DNA of 64,000 nt from Saccharolobus solfataricus P2 (lineage in GTDB: Archaea; Thermoproteota; Thermoprotei_A; Sulfolobales; Sulfolobaceae): the NCBI RefSeq assembly GCF_000007005.1, contig NC_002754.1; one strand, given 5' to 3'. The translations under genes and the position numbers were made by a program. Under the pieces are notes generated by a model. It searched no databases. It was given only the letters and a program-made list of their open reading frames with translations, and was not told where the DNA came from. Of the stretch, positions 31,887 to 41,271 are shown piece by piece. The stretch's first letter is position 1. Every line of letters starts with the position of its first letter.

Positions 31887-33248
31887 ATGACTGGAAAGGA
31901 GGAAATTAGCTCAAAATACGACGATTATTCACTGAAGGAAGTTCCTAAAGATTCCAGATACGGCTTCTTTAACGTTTTTCTAGTATTTTCATCTGTATAT
32001 GGTGCAATAGCTGTAATATGGGCTGGAGGAGCACTAGGTTACGGTCTCACATTTTCTCAAGCTATAATTGCAGTATTGTCGGGAACAGTAGTATTAGGCA
32101 TCTTAGGTTCATTGACTGCAGCTGTGGGAGCTTATAGTGGCCTTTCCACTTATGTTATGTGGAGACATCCTTTAGGAAGATGGGGAGGTAAAATTGCTGG
32201 ATTGTTACTGATAACTATAACCACGGGAATAGGGTGGTATGCAGTAGAAACATGGCTATTTGGTATAGTAATGAGCGAGATATTCCCAAATAATCCATTC
32301 TTTTCAGTTGGGGTAGCTGCGATTTGGGGAGGAATTTTGATGACAATAATGACATATGTAGGGTATAGAATGCTGTCTTTCCTAAGTTACTTTACAATTC
32401 CATTTCATATATGGCTGATAGCAATAGGAATAGCAATAGTGTTAGCACTAAAAGGGGGATTCCACACAGTTATGGCTGCTGTCCCAACAAGCCATATGAG
32501 CTTGCTTGACGGTATATCTGCTACCATAGGACTATATAGCGCTGGGACTATAATTTCTCCCGATATCTCCAGATTTGCCAAATCAGCTAAGGACGCTGGA
32601 TATGCGTGGTTTGCTCACATTATTTTCCTATATCCATTCTTAATATTGGGGGGAGTTGCAATAGTGTTAGCAACTGGTTCCTATTTAATAACTAACGCAA
32701 TGTTAGAGTTAGGTATGGGAGTTGGTGTTTTACTAATTATAGTCTTTGGTCAGTTCATAATAAACACTGATAATCTATATAGTGGTTCCTTATCTTTAGT
32801 TAACCTAATTCCAATGAGGCGTGAAATCGCCTCTGTGATCAACGGTGTCATAGGTACTGCTATTGCTGCATACGTCGGATTCTCAGCAGGTTCATCCATA
32901 ACCCCCTTTGAGAACTTTATCTCTTTACTAGGAGACTTTCTACCAGCAATGGGAGGAATTGTACTAGCCGACTTCTACATTGTGAAGAAATATGTTAATA
33001 AAATCCAAGATCCTCATAAACGGTATGAATTCGTACCAAATAATAAGTATTACAATATAAATATTGCAGGAATATTAGCTCTAGCATTAGGTTCAATAAT
33101 AGGTTACTTCGTAAATGCAGGTATACCCGCCATAAACTCCTTAGTTACTGGCTTCCTATCCTACATAATAATATATTACATTATCAAAGCAATGGGTAAG
33201 AGTCCAGAAATATTGCCGTTTAACTATGAAGGGGGGATATTAAGATGA
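31887..33248 (+). CDS. NCS1 (cytosine/purine/hydantoin) permease
   Basis: About 12 TM helices; DYSLKEVP..R, PDISRFAK, TDNLYSGSL. Confidence 0.88.
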   Translation: MTGKEEISSKYDDYSLKEVPKDSRYGFFNVFLVFSSVYGAIAVIWAGGALGYGLTFSQAIIAVLSGTVVLGILGSLTAAVGAYSGLSTYVMWRHPLGRWGGKIAGLLLITITTGIGWYAVETWLFGIVMSEIFPNNPFFSVGVAAIWGGILMTIMTYVGYRMLSFLSYFTIPFHIWLIAIGIAIVLALKGGFHTVMAAVPTSHMSLLDGISATIGLYSAGTIISPDISRFAKSAKDAGYAWFAHIIFLYPFLILGGVAIVLATGSYLITNAMLELGMGVGVLLIIVFGQFIINTDNLYSGSLSLVNLIPMRREIASVINGVIGTAIAAYVGFSAGSSITPFENFISLLGDFLPAMGGIVLADFYIVKKYVNKIQDPHKRYEFVPNNKYYNINIAGILALALGSIIGYFVNAGIPAINSLVTGFLSYIIIYYIIKAMGKSPEILPFNYEGGILR

Positions 33249-33631
33249 AATTATCTGATAACTACAGAATATTTACTATATCTAACATTATAGTGGGATT
33301 AATCTTTAGTATTCTGTATTTCATTACAAGTGGATTTATACAATACTACAACTTAGTCTATGGTATCCTTACGTTAGGAATAGCCATATGGGGAATTGGG
33401 AGATATTATTTCAAAAAAATAGAAGATGATAAAATAAGAGCAGGAGTTCAAACAGCGTGGCTAATAGTCTCTTTCGCCTTAGGTTACATATCAATAATTT
33501 ATGCCCCTGTTCTGTTCACTAAGTTAGAAATAATAGTGATTGAGTCTATTCTGTCAATAATACAAGTTCTGTGGGGTTCAGCATTATTGGCAATTTCATA
33601 TAGGAAAGGATACTCAGTGATAAAGGTGTAA
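33245..33631 (+). CDS. Small 4-TM membrane protein
   Basis: Hydrophobic; ATGA overlap with the permease. Confidence 0.75.
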   Translation: MKLSDNYRIFTISNIIVGLIFSILYFITSGFIQYYNLVYGILTLGIAIWGIGRYYFKKIEDDKIRAGVQTAWLIVSFALGYISIIYAPVLFTKLEIIVIESILSIIQVLWGSALLAISYRKGYSVIKV

Positions 33632-33635
33632 CTAC

Positions 33636-34718
33636 GTGGAAACATATTTCATTGAAGAGAGAGATTTACAAAACTTAATTACTGGAGCGTCTTTTTTAGG
33701 TACAGGAGGTGGAGGGGATCCATATATAGGAGGACTTATGTTAAAAAGGGAATTAGAGATTGTAAAGAAGATAGAAGTAGTAACTGGAATGAAGTACTCA
33801 AATAGTAAATCCTTTGTGTTAGGTAGTGCAATGATGGGAGCTCCTATAGTTATGATAGAAAAAATACCTAACAGCTCTGAAGCTAAAAAGGCTCTTGAAG
33901 TTTATTCTAAATTTACCGATAATGAAGTAGAATACATCACACCACTGGAAATGGGCGGAGTTAATTCCACGATCCCATTAATAACATCAGCTAAGACCGG
34001 TATTCCAGTAGTTGATGGAGATGGTATGGGGAGGGCGTTTCCAGAACTGCAAATGACTACCTTTTACTTTTATGGTGTTCAACCTTCTCCGATCGTGATA
34101 TTCGATGAAAGAGGTAATGTGAGTATAGTACAAGGTATAGACGGTTATTGGTCTGAGAAAATAGCAAGAATTATCACTGTAAGATACGGTGGAAGTGCAT
34201 ATATTGCACTGTACGGTACGTCATTACCAACTTACTTAAATACTGCCGTACTAGGTACACTAAGTTTAGCCTTGGAAATAGGCAAACTATTAAATCAAAT
34301 GCGTCTTGACGATCTCTTAGACCTTTTAAAGGCAATAATAATGTTCAAGGGTAAGGTGGTAGATGTACAAAGAAGAGTAGAAAGAGGATTCTCTAAAGGA
34401 AATGTGATTATAGATGGTATAGAAAACTACAGCGAAAAAACTATGAAAATTGATTTTCAGAACGAATTCTTAGTGGCAAGGATTAATAATGACATAGTGA
34501 CTACTGTGCCAGATCTCATTACAGTTCTAGATCTATTTACGTTAAAACCAATCACAACGGACAGAATAAAGTATGGTCAAAAAGTCATGGTTATCGGTAT
34601 ACCTTCAAGTGGGAAGCTCAGAACTAAAGAGGCGTTAAGGTATGTAGGACCTAGAGCCTTTGGATATGATGTGGATTTCATACCACTTGAAGAAAGGTGG
34701 AAGAAGGTTGAGAATTAG
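33636..34718 (+). CDS. DUF917 family protein
   Basis: GASFLGTGGGGDP, EMGGVNS, DGDGMGRAFPELQMTT. Confidence 0.88.
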   Translation: METYFIEERDLQNLITGASFLGTGGGGDPYIGGLMLKRELEIVKKIEVVTGMKYSNSKSFVLGSAMMGAPIVMIEKIPNSSEAKKALEVYSKFTDNEVEYITPLEMGGVNSTIPLITSAKTGIPVVDGDGMGRAFPELQMTTFYFYGVQPSPIVIFDERGNVSIVQGIDGYWSEKIARIITVRYGGSAYIALYGTSLPTYLNTAVLGTLSLALEIGKLLNQMRLDDLLDLLKAIIMFKGKVVDVQRRVERGFSKGNVIIDGIENYSEKTMKIDFQNEFLVARINNDIVTTVPDLITVLDLFTLKPITTDRIKYGQKVMVIGIPSSGKLRTKEALRYVGPRAFGYDVDFIPLEERWKKVEN

Positions 34719-36249
34719 AATAGGTATTGATATTGGTAGTACTCATACAGATGCAGTAGCATTAGAAGGTAAAGAGCTAATAGTAGCTGACAAAGTAATG
34801 ACTACACCAGACCTAACTACTGGACTTTTAAATGCCATAAGTAGAGTGATGAAAAAGCTTGGAGAAAGGAAAAACGAAGTAGATACGCTAATGATAGGAA
34901 CTACTCACGGTCTGAACGCCTTACACCAGGGTAAAGGCTTAAATAGAGTAGCGACCATTAGAATTGGCTTACCTGCAGGAGAGGGAGTTCCTCCAGTATT
35001 TGACTGGCCAGAGCAGTTATCAAACTTTGTCACCTATAGATATATGGTAAGAGGAGGCCATGAATATACCGGGGAAGAAATAGTGGAGTTAGATGAGGGC
35101 AAAATAAAGGAGATTGCTGAAGCCATAAATGGTAAAGTTGATGCCATAGCTATTAGTTCAATATTTTCAGTTGTAAATTCGTCACATGAGATTAGAGCGA
35201 GGGAGATTTTAAGAGAGAAAGGAATTAATGTGCCTATAGTACTTTCTCACGAAATTGGTGGAATAGGACTGTTAGAGAGGGAGAACTCAGCGATCCTAAA
35301 TGCGTTAATACTTAAAATCTTCGATAACTTAATAAGCAAAATCAAACAGTTACTTTCTTCTTTAGGTATAGAAGATGTGAGACTATTCTTTGCACAGAAT
35401 GATGGGACTGTGGCCTCTGAAGATTTCATCAAAAGCTATCCAATATTCACTGTAGCTGGACCAGTTTCAAATAGTATTAGAGGAGCGCATTTACTGACTG
35501 GGATAAAAGATGCAATAGTAATGGATGTAGGAGGGACTACAACAAATGTGGGTGTTCTCCATGAGGGATATCCTAGAGAATCCTCATCTGTAGTAGAAAT
35601 AGCCAAAATAAGGACTAATTTTAGAATGCCCGACATTTATACGATGGCATTGGGAGGAGGCACCATAGTTAATAAGGAGAAAATAGGACCAGAGAGTGTG
35701 GGTTACGCACTGATAAATAAGGGAATATCATGGGGAGGTGATACTTTAACCGCAACAGATGTAGCTATGATAGTGAAAGGAATAACAATAGATGGTACAA
35801 ATCCGAAGCTAGTAAACAACAAATTCCCTATGGAGTACTTATTTAGCGCATACACTAAAATGGTGGAAATGTGGGAAGACGCCATAGACTTAATGAAAAC
35901 TTCAAAGGATGACGTAACGGTAATTGTTGTGGGTGGGGGAAGTATAATGGTCCCAGAGAAGCTAAAAGGTGCGATGGAAGTTATAAGGCCACGAAATGCC
36001 CAATACGCTAATGCCATAGGTGCGACATTAACTAAAGTTGGTGCAACGATAGAAAGGACATTCTCTTATGATCAAATAACTAGGGAAAATGCAATAAAGA
36101 GTCTAATTAATGAGGCTAAAAGTTTAGCCATAAGAGCTGGGGCCTTAAATACAACGATAGAAGTTAGAGAAATAGAAGAAATACAAATACCTTATCTACC
36201 TGGAAATTCAGTGAAAGTAAAAGTTAAGGTAGTTGGTGAATTTTCTTAA
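34708..36249 (+). CDS. Hydantoinase/oxoprolinase family protein (short form)
   Basis: Likely TTG start; GIDIGSTHTD, GTTH, ERENSA, DVGGTTT, ANAIGA. Confidence 0.88.
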   Translation: MRIRIGIDIGSTHTDAVALEGKELIVADKVMTTPDLTTGLLNAISRVMKKLGERKNEVDTLMIGTTHGLNALHQGKGLNRVATIRIGLPAGEGVPPVFDWPEQLSNFVTYRYMVRGGHEYTGEEIVELDEGKIKEIAEAINGKVDAIAISSIFSVVNSSHEIRAREILREKGINVPIVLSHEIGGIGLLERENSAILNALILKIFDNLISKIKQLLSSLGIEDVRLFFAQNDGTVASEDFIKSYPIFTVAGPVSNSIRGAHLLTGIKDAIVMDVGGTTTNVGVLHEGYPRESSSVVEIAKIRTNFRMPDIYTMALGGGTIVNKEKIGPESVGYALINKGISWGGDTLTATDVAMIVKGITIDGTNPKLVNNKFPMEYLFSAYTKMVEMWEDAIDLMKTSKDDVTVIVVGGGSIMVPEKLKGAMEVIRPRNAQYANAIGATLTKVGATIERTFSYDQITRENAIKSLINEAKSLAIRAGALNTTIEVREIEEIQIPYLPGNSVKVKVKVVGEFS

Positions 36250-37270
36250 TTTCTTTAACTACCATTTCCTTAATCTTCTCATATCCCCCAACTTCTTTCC
36301 ACTTATTACTTACAGGGATTTCTAATACTCTCACCTTTACCCCGTATCTAAGGGAGTCAGAAGTCACTATGTTGTTATTATAATCAATTAAATTGATAAT
36401 TTCAGGTGATATTGACAGAATCTTTCCTTCTTTGAGGAAGCCTAAATACTCATTTTTGAATATAATTTCAGAATTTTCACCCCTATATTCTTCAAGGCCG
36501 TCAATTTTAGCCATACCAATTGCAAATCCTCCTATGTTAAATCTCTTTACGTCAACTATTTTACCTTCGAAAATTATCTTACCTCTAGCTAAGTTAATCA
36601 TTTCATCCAATCCTTGTTCTGTTAACGTTTTACCTAACTCCAAAGCTAGGCTTACTGTACCCAAGATAGCTCCATTAATATATTCTTTACCAGATGCTGG
36701 GTAAAGCGAGATGTAACCCCTTCCACCAAATCCCACAGTTATACTTCTTGCAATACTCTCCGCCCGGAAATTATCAACAGTCTCTATAATAACGCAATTT
36801 TCACGCTCGTCACATATACTCAAAGGTGTTGCCCTATATCCTGCAAAATGCATAGTGGTCATATATAATTCTGGAAAAGCCCTACCCTCGTAATCTCCAT
36901 CTATTAATGGTTTCTTACTCATTAACGATGCCATAAATGGGACAACTGAGTTTATACCACCTATTTCAATAGAAGTTATTTTAGTAACTTCTTTTCTCAA
37001 AAATTTAGTTAAGGTCATTAGAGATCTATAATATTCATGACCTGCGGGTATCTTCTCTATACCTATCAATGGCGATCCCATACCGCCTACTCCTATTATG
37101 AAATCCCTATCCTCATCAACTTCATCAGTGTATTCAACATAATCAATATTCATCTGAAGCATTTTTGCTTTAACAATTTTATATCCTAAAAACGGGTTTC
37201 CACCACCACCAGAGCCTAATATTGAACTCCCTATTGCGAGATTGTATAGGTCATTAACAGAGATTCTCAT
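36224..37270 (-). CDS. Second DUF917 family protein
   Basis: GSSILGSGGGGNP, EIGGINS, DGDYEGRAFPELYMTT. Confidence 0.88.
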   Translation of the reverse strand: MRISVNDLYNLAIGSSILGSGGGGNPFLGYKIVKAKMLQMNIDYVEYTDEVDEDRDFIIGVGGMGSPLIGIEKIPAGHEYYRSLMTLTKFLRKEVTKITSIEIGGINSVVPFMASLMSKKPLIDGDYEGRAFPELYMTTMHFAGYRATPLSICDERENCVIIETVDNFRAESIARSITVGFGGRGYISLYPASGKEYINGAILGTVSLALELGKTLTEQGLDEMINLARGKIIFEGKIVDVKRFNIGGFAIGMAKIDGLEEYRGENSEIIFKNEYLGFLKEGKILSISPEIINLIDYNNNIVTSDSLRYGVKVRVLEIPVSNKWKEVGGYEKIKEMVVKEIKKIHQLP

Positions 37271-37278
37271 GTTTTCTT

Positions 37279-38595
37279 GTGAGCTACCCCCTCATAAATG
37301 AGGGAGCTTCCTGCTTCACAGCTCTGCCATGCCAGTACCGAAGTGCTGGTACTGGTAGAGGGCGGAGCTCCACACTAAGGGTCGCTCCGACCCCGATCCA
37401 CGTAAGATGTTAAGAGAAGCATTATAGTCACGATCTGCAATCCAACCACAGTTGGGACAAACGAAAACACGATCAGATAGAGACAGATCTTCTTTTACGT
37501 ACCCGCACTTAGCACAAGTTTTGGAAGTGTATGCAGGATTAACTAGGATGAGTTTCTTACCGTATTTCTCCAACTGATACTTAATCAAATCTCTAAGCTC
37601 GCTGAACGCGACGTCACTCAATCTCCTCCTCAGAGACCTTAATGACTTACCTATCAACTGCTTAACATGAATGTCCTCCATGACTACAACGTCGTAATGC
37701 TCAGCAAACCATTTACCCAACTTCATGTAAAGATCCGTTCTTAGATTCTTCAAATACTCATAAGCCCTAGCAAGCTTAACCTTAGCCTTAAACCAATTAT
37801 TAGAGAGGAACTTCTTCCTTGAAAGTTCTCTGTGTAGATGCTTCACTTTCCATAACGCTTTCTCGTAAGGTCTCAAATTAGGAAAATACTCACCATCTGA
37901 CGTTACTAACAACTTTTCTACACCAACATCTATCGCCACTACCTTACCAGTGTTAGGTAACTTGGGGAATTCGTGATCAACTACGAAAGTGATGTAAATC
38001 CTCTCAGATCTTGTTAGCTTCACTATCACTCTCTTTACTTTGTCAAGGGGAAAGTCTCGGTGAACTATTACCTTGAACGTACCAAGATTTGATAGTTTAA
38101 GCGTTATTAGTTTCTTCTTGCTTCCTTTTCTTATTTCTCTAACTTGAAGTATTTTCCAACCGCTTTGCGTATAGACAAGGGAGTAGTACTTGTGAGGTTT
38201 CCTTTCTTTCGGGAAACGTGCTAAACCGTCGAAAAACCTCTGTCTAGCTTCGTAATAACGGTCAGCTATTTGTTGAACTACTTGGGAGTAGAGTTTCTTA
38301 TACTCATCATCTTGTTTTCTCAGATCTAGAGCCAACTGTCTTAACTCAGTTTGTGTTAGTCCTTTCCCATCCCTTTGGTAAAAGTAGATGTCTGCCCACC
38401 TTAAGGTGTTGTAGATTTTGCACGCTAACTTCAACTGGGCTTTTAACGCCCTAAGGGTTTGTTCGTCAGTGTATGCACGGAAGCGAAACCCTAAGGTGGG
38501 CATTGATGTGTATTTCGTTATTTTCCTATTTTAACTTTTCTACAAAGGGATCCGTCTCAAAGAGAAGCTTTCCGCCCCCTTTGAACCCCCGTCTG
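37279..38595 (-). mobile_element. tnpB-only IS605-family element (ISC1316-like), copy 2
   Basis: 1317 bp; same LE and RE as copy 1. Confidence 0.9.
37316..38503 (-). CDS. tnpB: TnpB with intact RuvC
   Basis: AIDVG, VMED, DRDYNAS. Confidence 0.92.
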   Translation of the reverse strand: MPTLGFRFRAYTDEQTLRALKAQLKLACKIYNTLRWADIYFYQRDGKGLTQTELRQLALDLRKQDDEYKKLYSQVVQQIADRYYEARQRFFDGLARFPKERKPHKYYSLVYTQSGWKILQVREIRKGSKKKLITLKLSNLGTFKVIVHRDFPLDKVKRVIVKLTRSERIYITFVVDHEFPKLPNTGKVVAIDVGVEKLLVTSDGEYFPNLRPYEKALWKVKHLHRELSRKKFLSNNWFKAKVKLARAYEYLKNLRTDLYMKLGKWFAEHYDVVVMEDIHVKQLIGKSLRSLRRRLSDVAFSELRDLIKYQLEKYGKKLILVNPAYTSKTCAKCGYVKEDLSLSDRVFVCPNCGWIADRDYNASLNILRGSGSERPLVWSSALYQYQHFGTGMAEL

Positions 38596-38645
38596 TTATA
38601 AACCCGCTAGTAATATAAAGTTTAAAGTTTTGCTAGTTATCGTTT

Positions 38646-38974
38646 AGGAAAGTTCTCATGCAGCCATCTTATTCGATATCATATAGTAAAAATATATCAG
38701 ATTAGAAATTTTCACAATTAGTCTTTTCAATCGAGATGTAGCTAAGGAATTAGAACGTGAAAAACGGCCTTTGAAAAAGGTTTATGTGCGAGGGTTATGA
38801 AATCTTTTTGTGGTAGTACTAGAATGGATCTCGTAAACCTTGCATATAAGCTTTTCTAAAATAATGTCTTTGTTCAAATTTCTATATCTTAAACGTTAAA
38901 CAAGCGTTTTTCCATATTACTCCAATATTTTCACAAACTTTTTTCAAATTTCATGACTGTTTGAGAACACTCCC
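38646..38974. mobile_element. SM7-like MITE, copy 2
   Basis: Direct homologue of 17680-18005. Confidence 0.85.
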
Positions 38975-39104
38975 TTTTTTCCAATTTATTAGATTCTCAA
39001 TGTTGTTATAAACTTGGTTATGTTCAACAAATTTAATATTGTTTAATCAGAATTATTTTTGTAAGATGATTCTGGGAGTACCGTTCAGGGCGGAGAGAAG
39101 GTGG

Positions 39105-39437
39105 TCAGAGCAAAACAAATCCTTTCTCTCTCTTCCAAAAGAGCACTTTATCCTTAACCCTATCTTTCTCCCCCTCATCCAACACAATATAATCAACATT
39201 ACCTCTAATGAACCTGGAAACCATGTACATTCTATCAAATACATTCATCTCCTTAATCCCCTTAAATACAAACAGTATGTCTATATCACTAGTGTCTAAG
39301 TAGTCTCCCCTAGCTCTTGACCCAAAAATGTAAACCTCCTCTAGATTGGGGAAAGAACTAGCTACCTCTTCAACGATCTCCTTAGCAAGTTTAAGCATTC
39401 TTATCTGGCTTTCTATTGCAGATTTCCCTTTACCCAT
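39105..39437 (-). CDS. MNT antitoxin
   Basis: FGSRARGDYLDTSDIDI. Confidence 0.9.
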   Translation of the reverse strand: MGKGKSAIESQIRMLKLAKEIVEEVASSFPNLEEVYIFGSRARGDYLDTSDIDILFVFKGIKEMNVFDRMYMVSRFIRGNVDYIVLDEGEKDRVKDKVLFWKREKGFVLL

Positions 39438-39799
39438 CCTAACACCTCCTTAGCCCTTCTATATAGATCCTCCGCCATGTTTTTAGTGTATTGTCTAGCT
39501 GGAACACCATTTGCAGCATCAGGATATCTAGATATGATAAAATGAGGTGATATAACCATTAAATCCTCCATTATATTTTGAGGAATCTTAAGTCCTTCAT
39601 TCTCTATCATGCTAGCAAGCTCTGTTAGAGAGTGGGTTTTCCCCGGATCTTTTCCTAAATGGATTAACAGAGATTTCAATGCTTTCTCTACAGCTTGTTG
39701 AGAGTAAAAAGTTACTGCAAAATATTTACCAGCCTCTAATAAGACTCTAGCCACATCCAAGTCCTCCTCAGCTTGAATCATCCAGTCAGTGTATCTCAT
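39413..39799 (-). CDS. HEPN domain protein
   Basis: WMIQAEEDL, QQAVEKALK, KTHSL, SRYPD. Confidence 0.9.
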   Translation of the reverse strand: MRYTDWMIQAEEDLDVARVLLEAGKYFAVTFYSQQAVEKALKSLLIHLGKDPGKTHSLTELASMIENEGLKIPQNIMEDLMVISPHFIISRYPDAANGVPARQYTKNMAEDLYRRAKEVLGWVKGNLQ

Positions 39800-39915
39800 A
39801 ATACTATTCCCTCTACAAAGTTTAAAAATAAGACTGTCCTTTTCACCATTTTAAAGGATTACACTCTAGGTAGTTATCCACTCCCACTGGAACAGTGAGC
39901 AGTCAGTGACCGACC

Positions 39916-40026
39916 CCTTACATATTAGTCAGATCTGTGTAATACTGATCTGACTGGGGTTGAGGCCATTCACTTTCTTGAGCTCAGAACTCGATGGTGA
40001 GCTTGGACTCCTAAGCCGCCCGAAGT
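39916..40026 (+). mobile_element. Orphan IS110 left end (bridge-RNA 5' part) truncated by an IS605 left-end fragment
   Basis: Aligns with 49946-50066; followed by GGACTTTCGCCCCTTAACCCCG, the reverse complement of an IS605 LE. Confidence 0.7.
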
Positions 40027-40089
40027 GGACTTTCGCCCCTTAACCCCGTTAAATTAAATATTTAAAAACAATTTCTACAATATATTCTT

Positions 40090-41271
40090 ATGGGAACTGA
40101 GTGTAATTACAATCAACCAGAAAGGACTTCAATAGAAGGTTGGAAAAAATATGTGAGTAATTGTTTAGTTCCAGTTTATGAGAAACTAAAATTGTTACAA
40201 AAAGTCGGTGAGTATTTAGAGCAAAATACTTTAAACCGAAGTTTAGATAAGATTGACCCTCAATTATTACCTTACTTTTTAGGAGGAGTAAATGAAAATG
40301 GAGATTATATAAAGGGCTCTCTAGCTAGACTTATTACTTACATGTATGGTGTAGGGGTAGATACGAAAAAACTAGCTAATTCTATCAATATTGGAGTGAA
40401 AAACCCATATTCGGAAGCATATGTGGGAAAAGTAAATAACTTGGTAATCGGTTTTTTTACTTTTACTGATGTACTTAATGCGACGGCTAAACAACTAGAA
40501 TTATTATTCAATAAGCTAAATGTAAGTATTAATTCTCCATCCTTTGCTGAAATAGAGAGTAATGCAAGAAATGTAGATAAGTTCATACAGACAGTTAATG
40601 ATTATATTTATAGAGCAAAATTAATCTTACCAATGTACAATTATTATTCTTTTCTAATCGTAACTACTAGACATCTTCCTGCATCAATATTTCTAGATTC
40701 TTATCCTGAAGAGTTTACAAAGAATCCCAACTTAGGGTATGATTTTCTTGGGATAGGCATCCTTCATATTCCTTATATTAGCGATAAAGAACAAAGTGCT
40801 AGACTGGGACTAACTGGTCATAATCGTAATACTGTTTCTGACCTCATATTTAAGATTATAAATAATAATTTATTTATGATTAATAAATTATATGATGTTA
40901 TAGAGAATAGAGAAATATATGATAGAGAACATTTTACAGAAGAATATTATCAGTTTATGACAGATGTATTAAGAAAGTCTTCCATAATAGTTGACGCTTC
41001 TAATTTAAGGTATAATTATTATATGGAGATTCACTATTACCAAAATCTTTCAGTCAGAATATGTTATGCCTCATCTCCTTCTTATTGTGAGTATGGGAGG
41101 ACGGATCGGGCTACTTTTAAGTATTATAGTACTATATCCGATATGTATAATGATCCTGAAATTATATCGATATTATTTATGAATGGGTATATAAATATTA
41201 ATATTAAGGAAGATGCAGGCCTCAATATTTATTTTAGGGGTCAATTTGGAACAGAGGTGATATTAAATTGA
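40090..41271 (+). CDS. Hypothetical protein
   Basis: 393-aa ORF preceded by TTTAAAA about 25 nt upstream; no motif recognised. Confidence 0.75.
   Translation: MGTECNYNQPERTSIEGWKKYVSNCLVPVYEKLKLLQKVGEYLEQNTLNRSLDKIDPQLLPYFLGGVNENGDYIKGSLARLITYMYGVGVDTKKLANSINIGVKNPYSEAYVGKVNNLVIGFFTFTDVLNATAKQLELLFNKLNVSINSPSFAEIESNARNVDKFIQTVNDYIYRAKLILPMYNYYSFLIVTTRHLPASIFLDSYPEEFTKNPNLGYDFLGIGILHIPYISDKEQSARLGLTGHNRNTVSDLIFKIINNNLFMINKLYDVIENREIYDREHFTEEYYQFMTDVLRKSSIIVDASNLRYNYYMEIHYYQNLSVRICYASSPSYCEYGRTDRATFKYYSTISDMYNDPEIISILFMNGYININIKEDAGLNIYFRGQFGTEVILN

Noticed and set aside
39039-39299. Short ORFs overlapping or abutting the MNT gene
   Set aside because: No motifs; shadow frames
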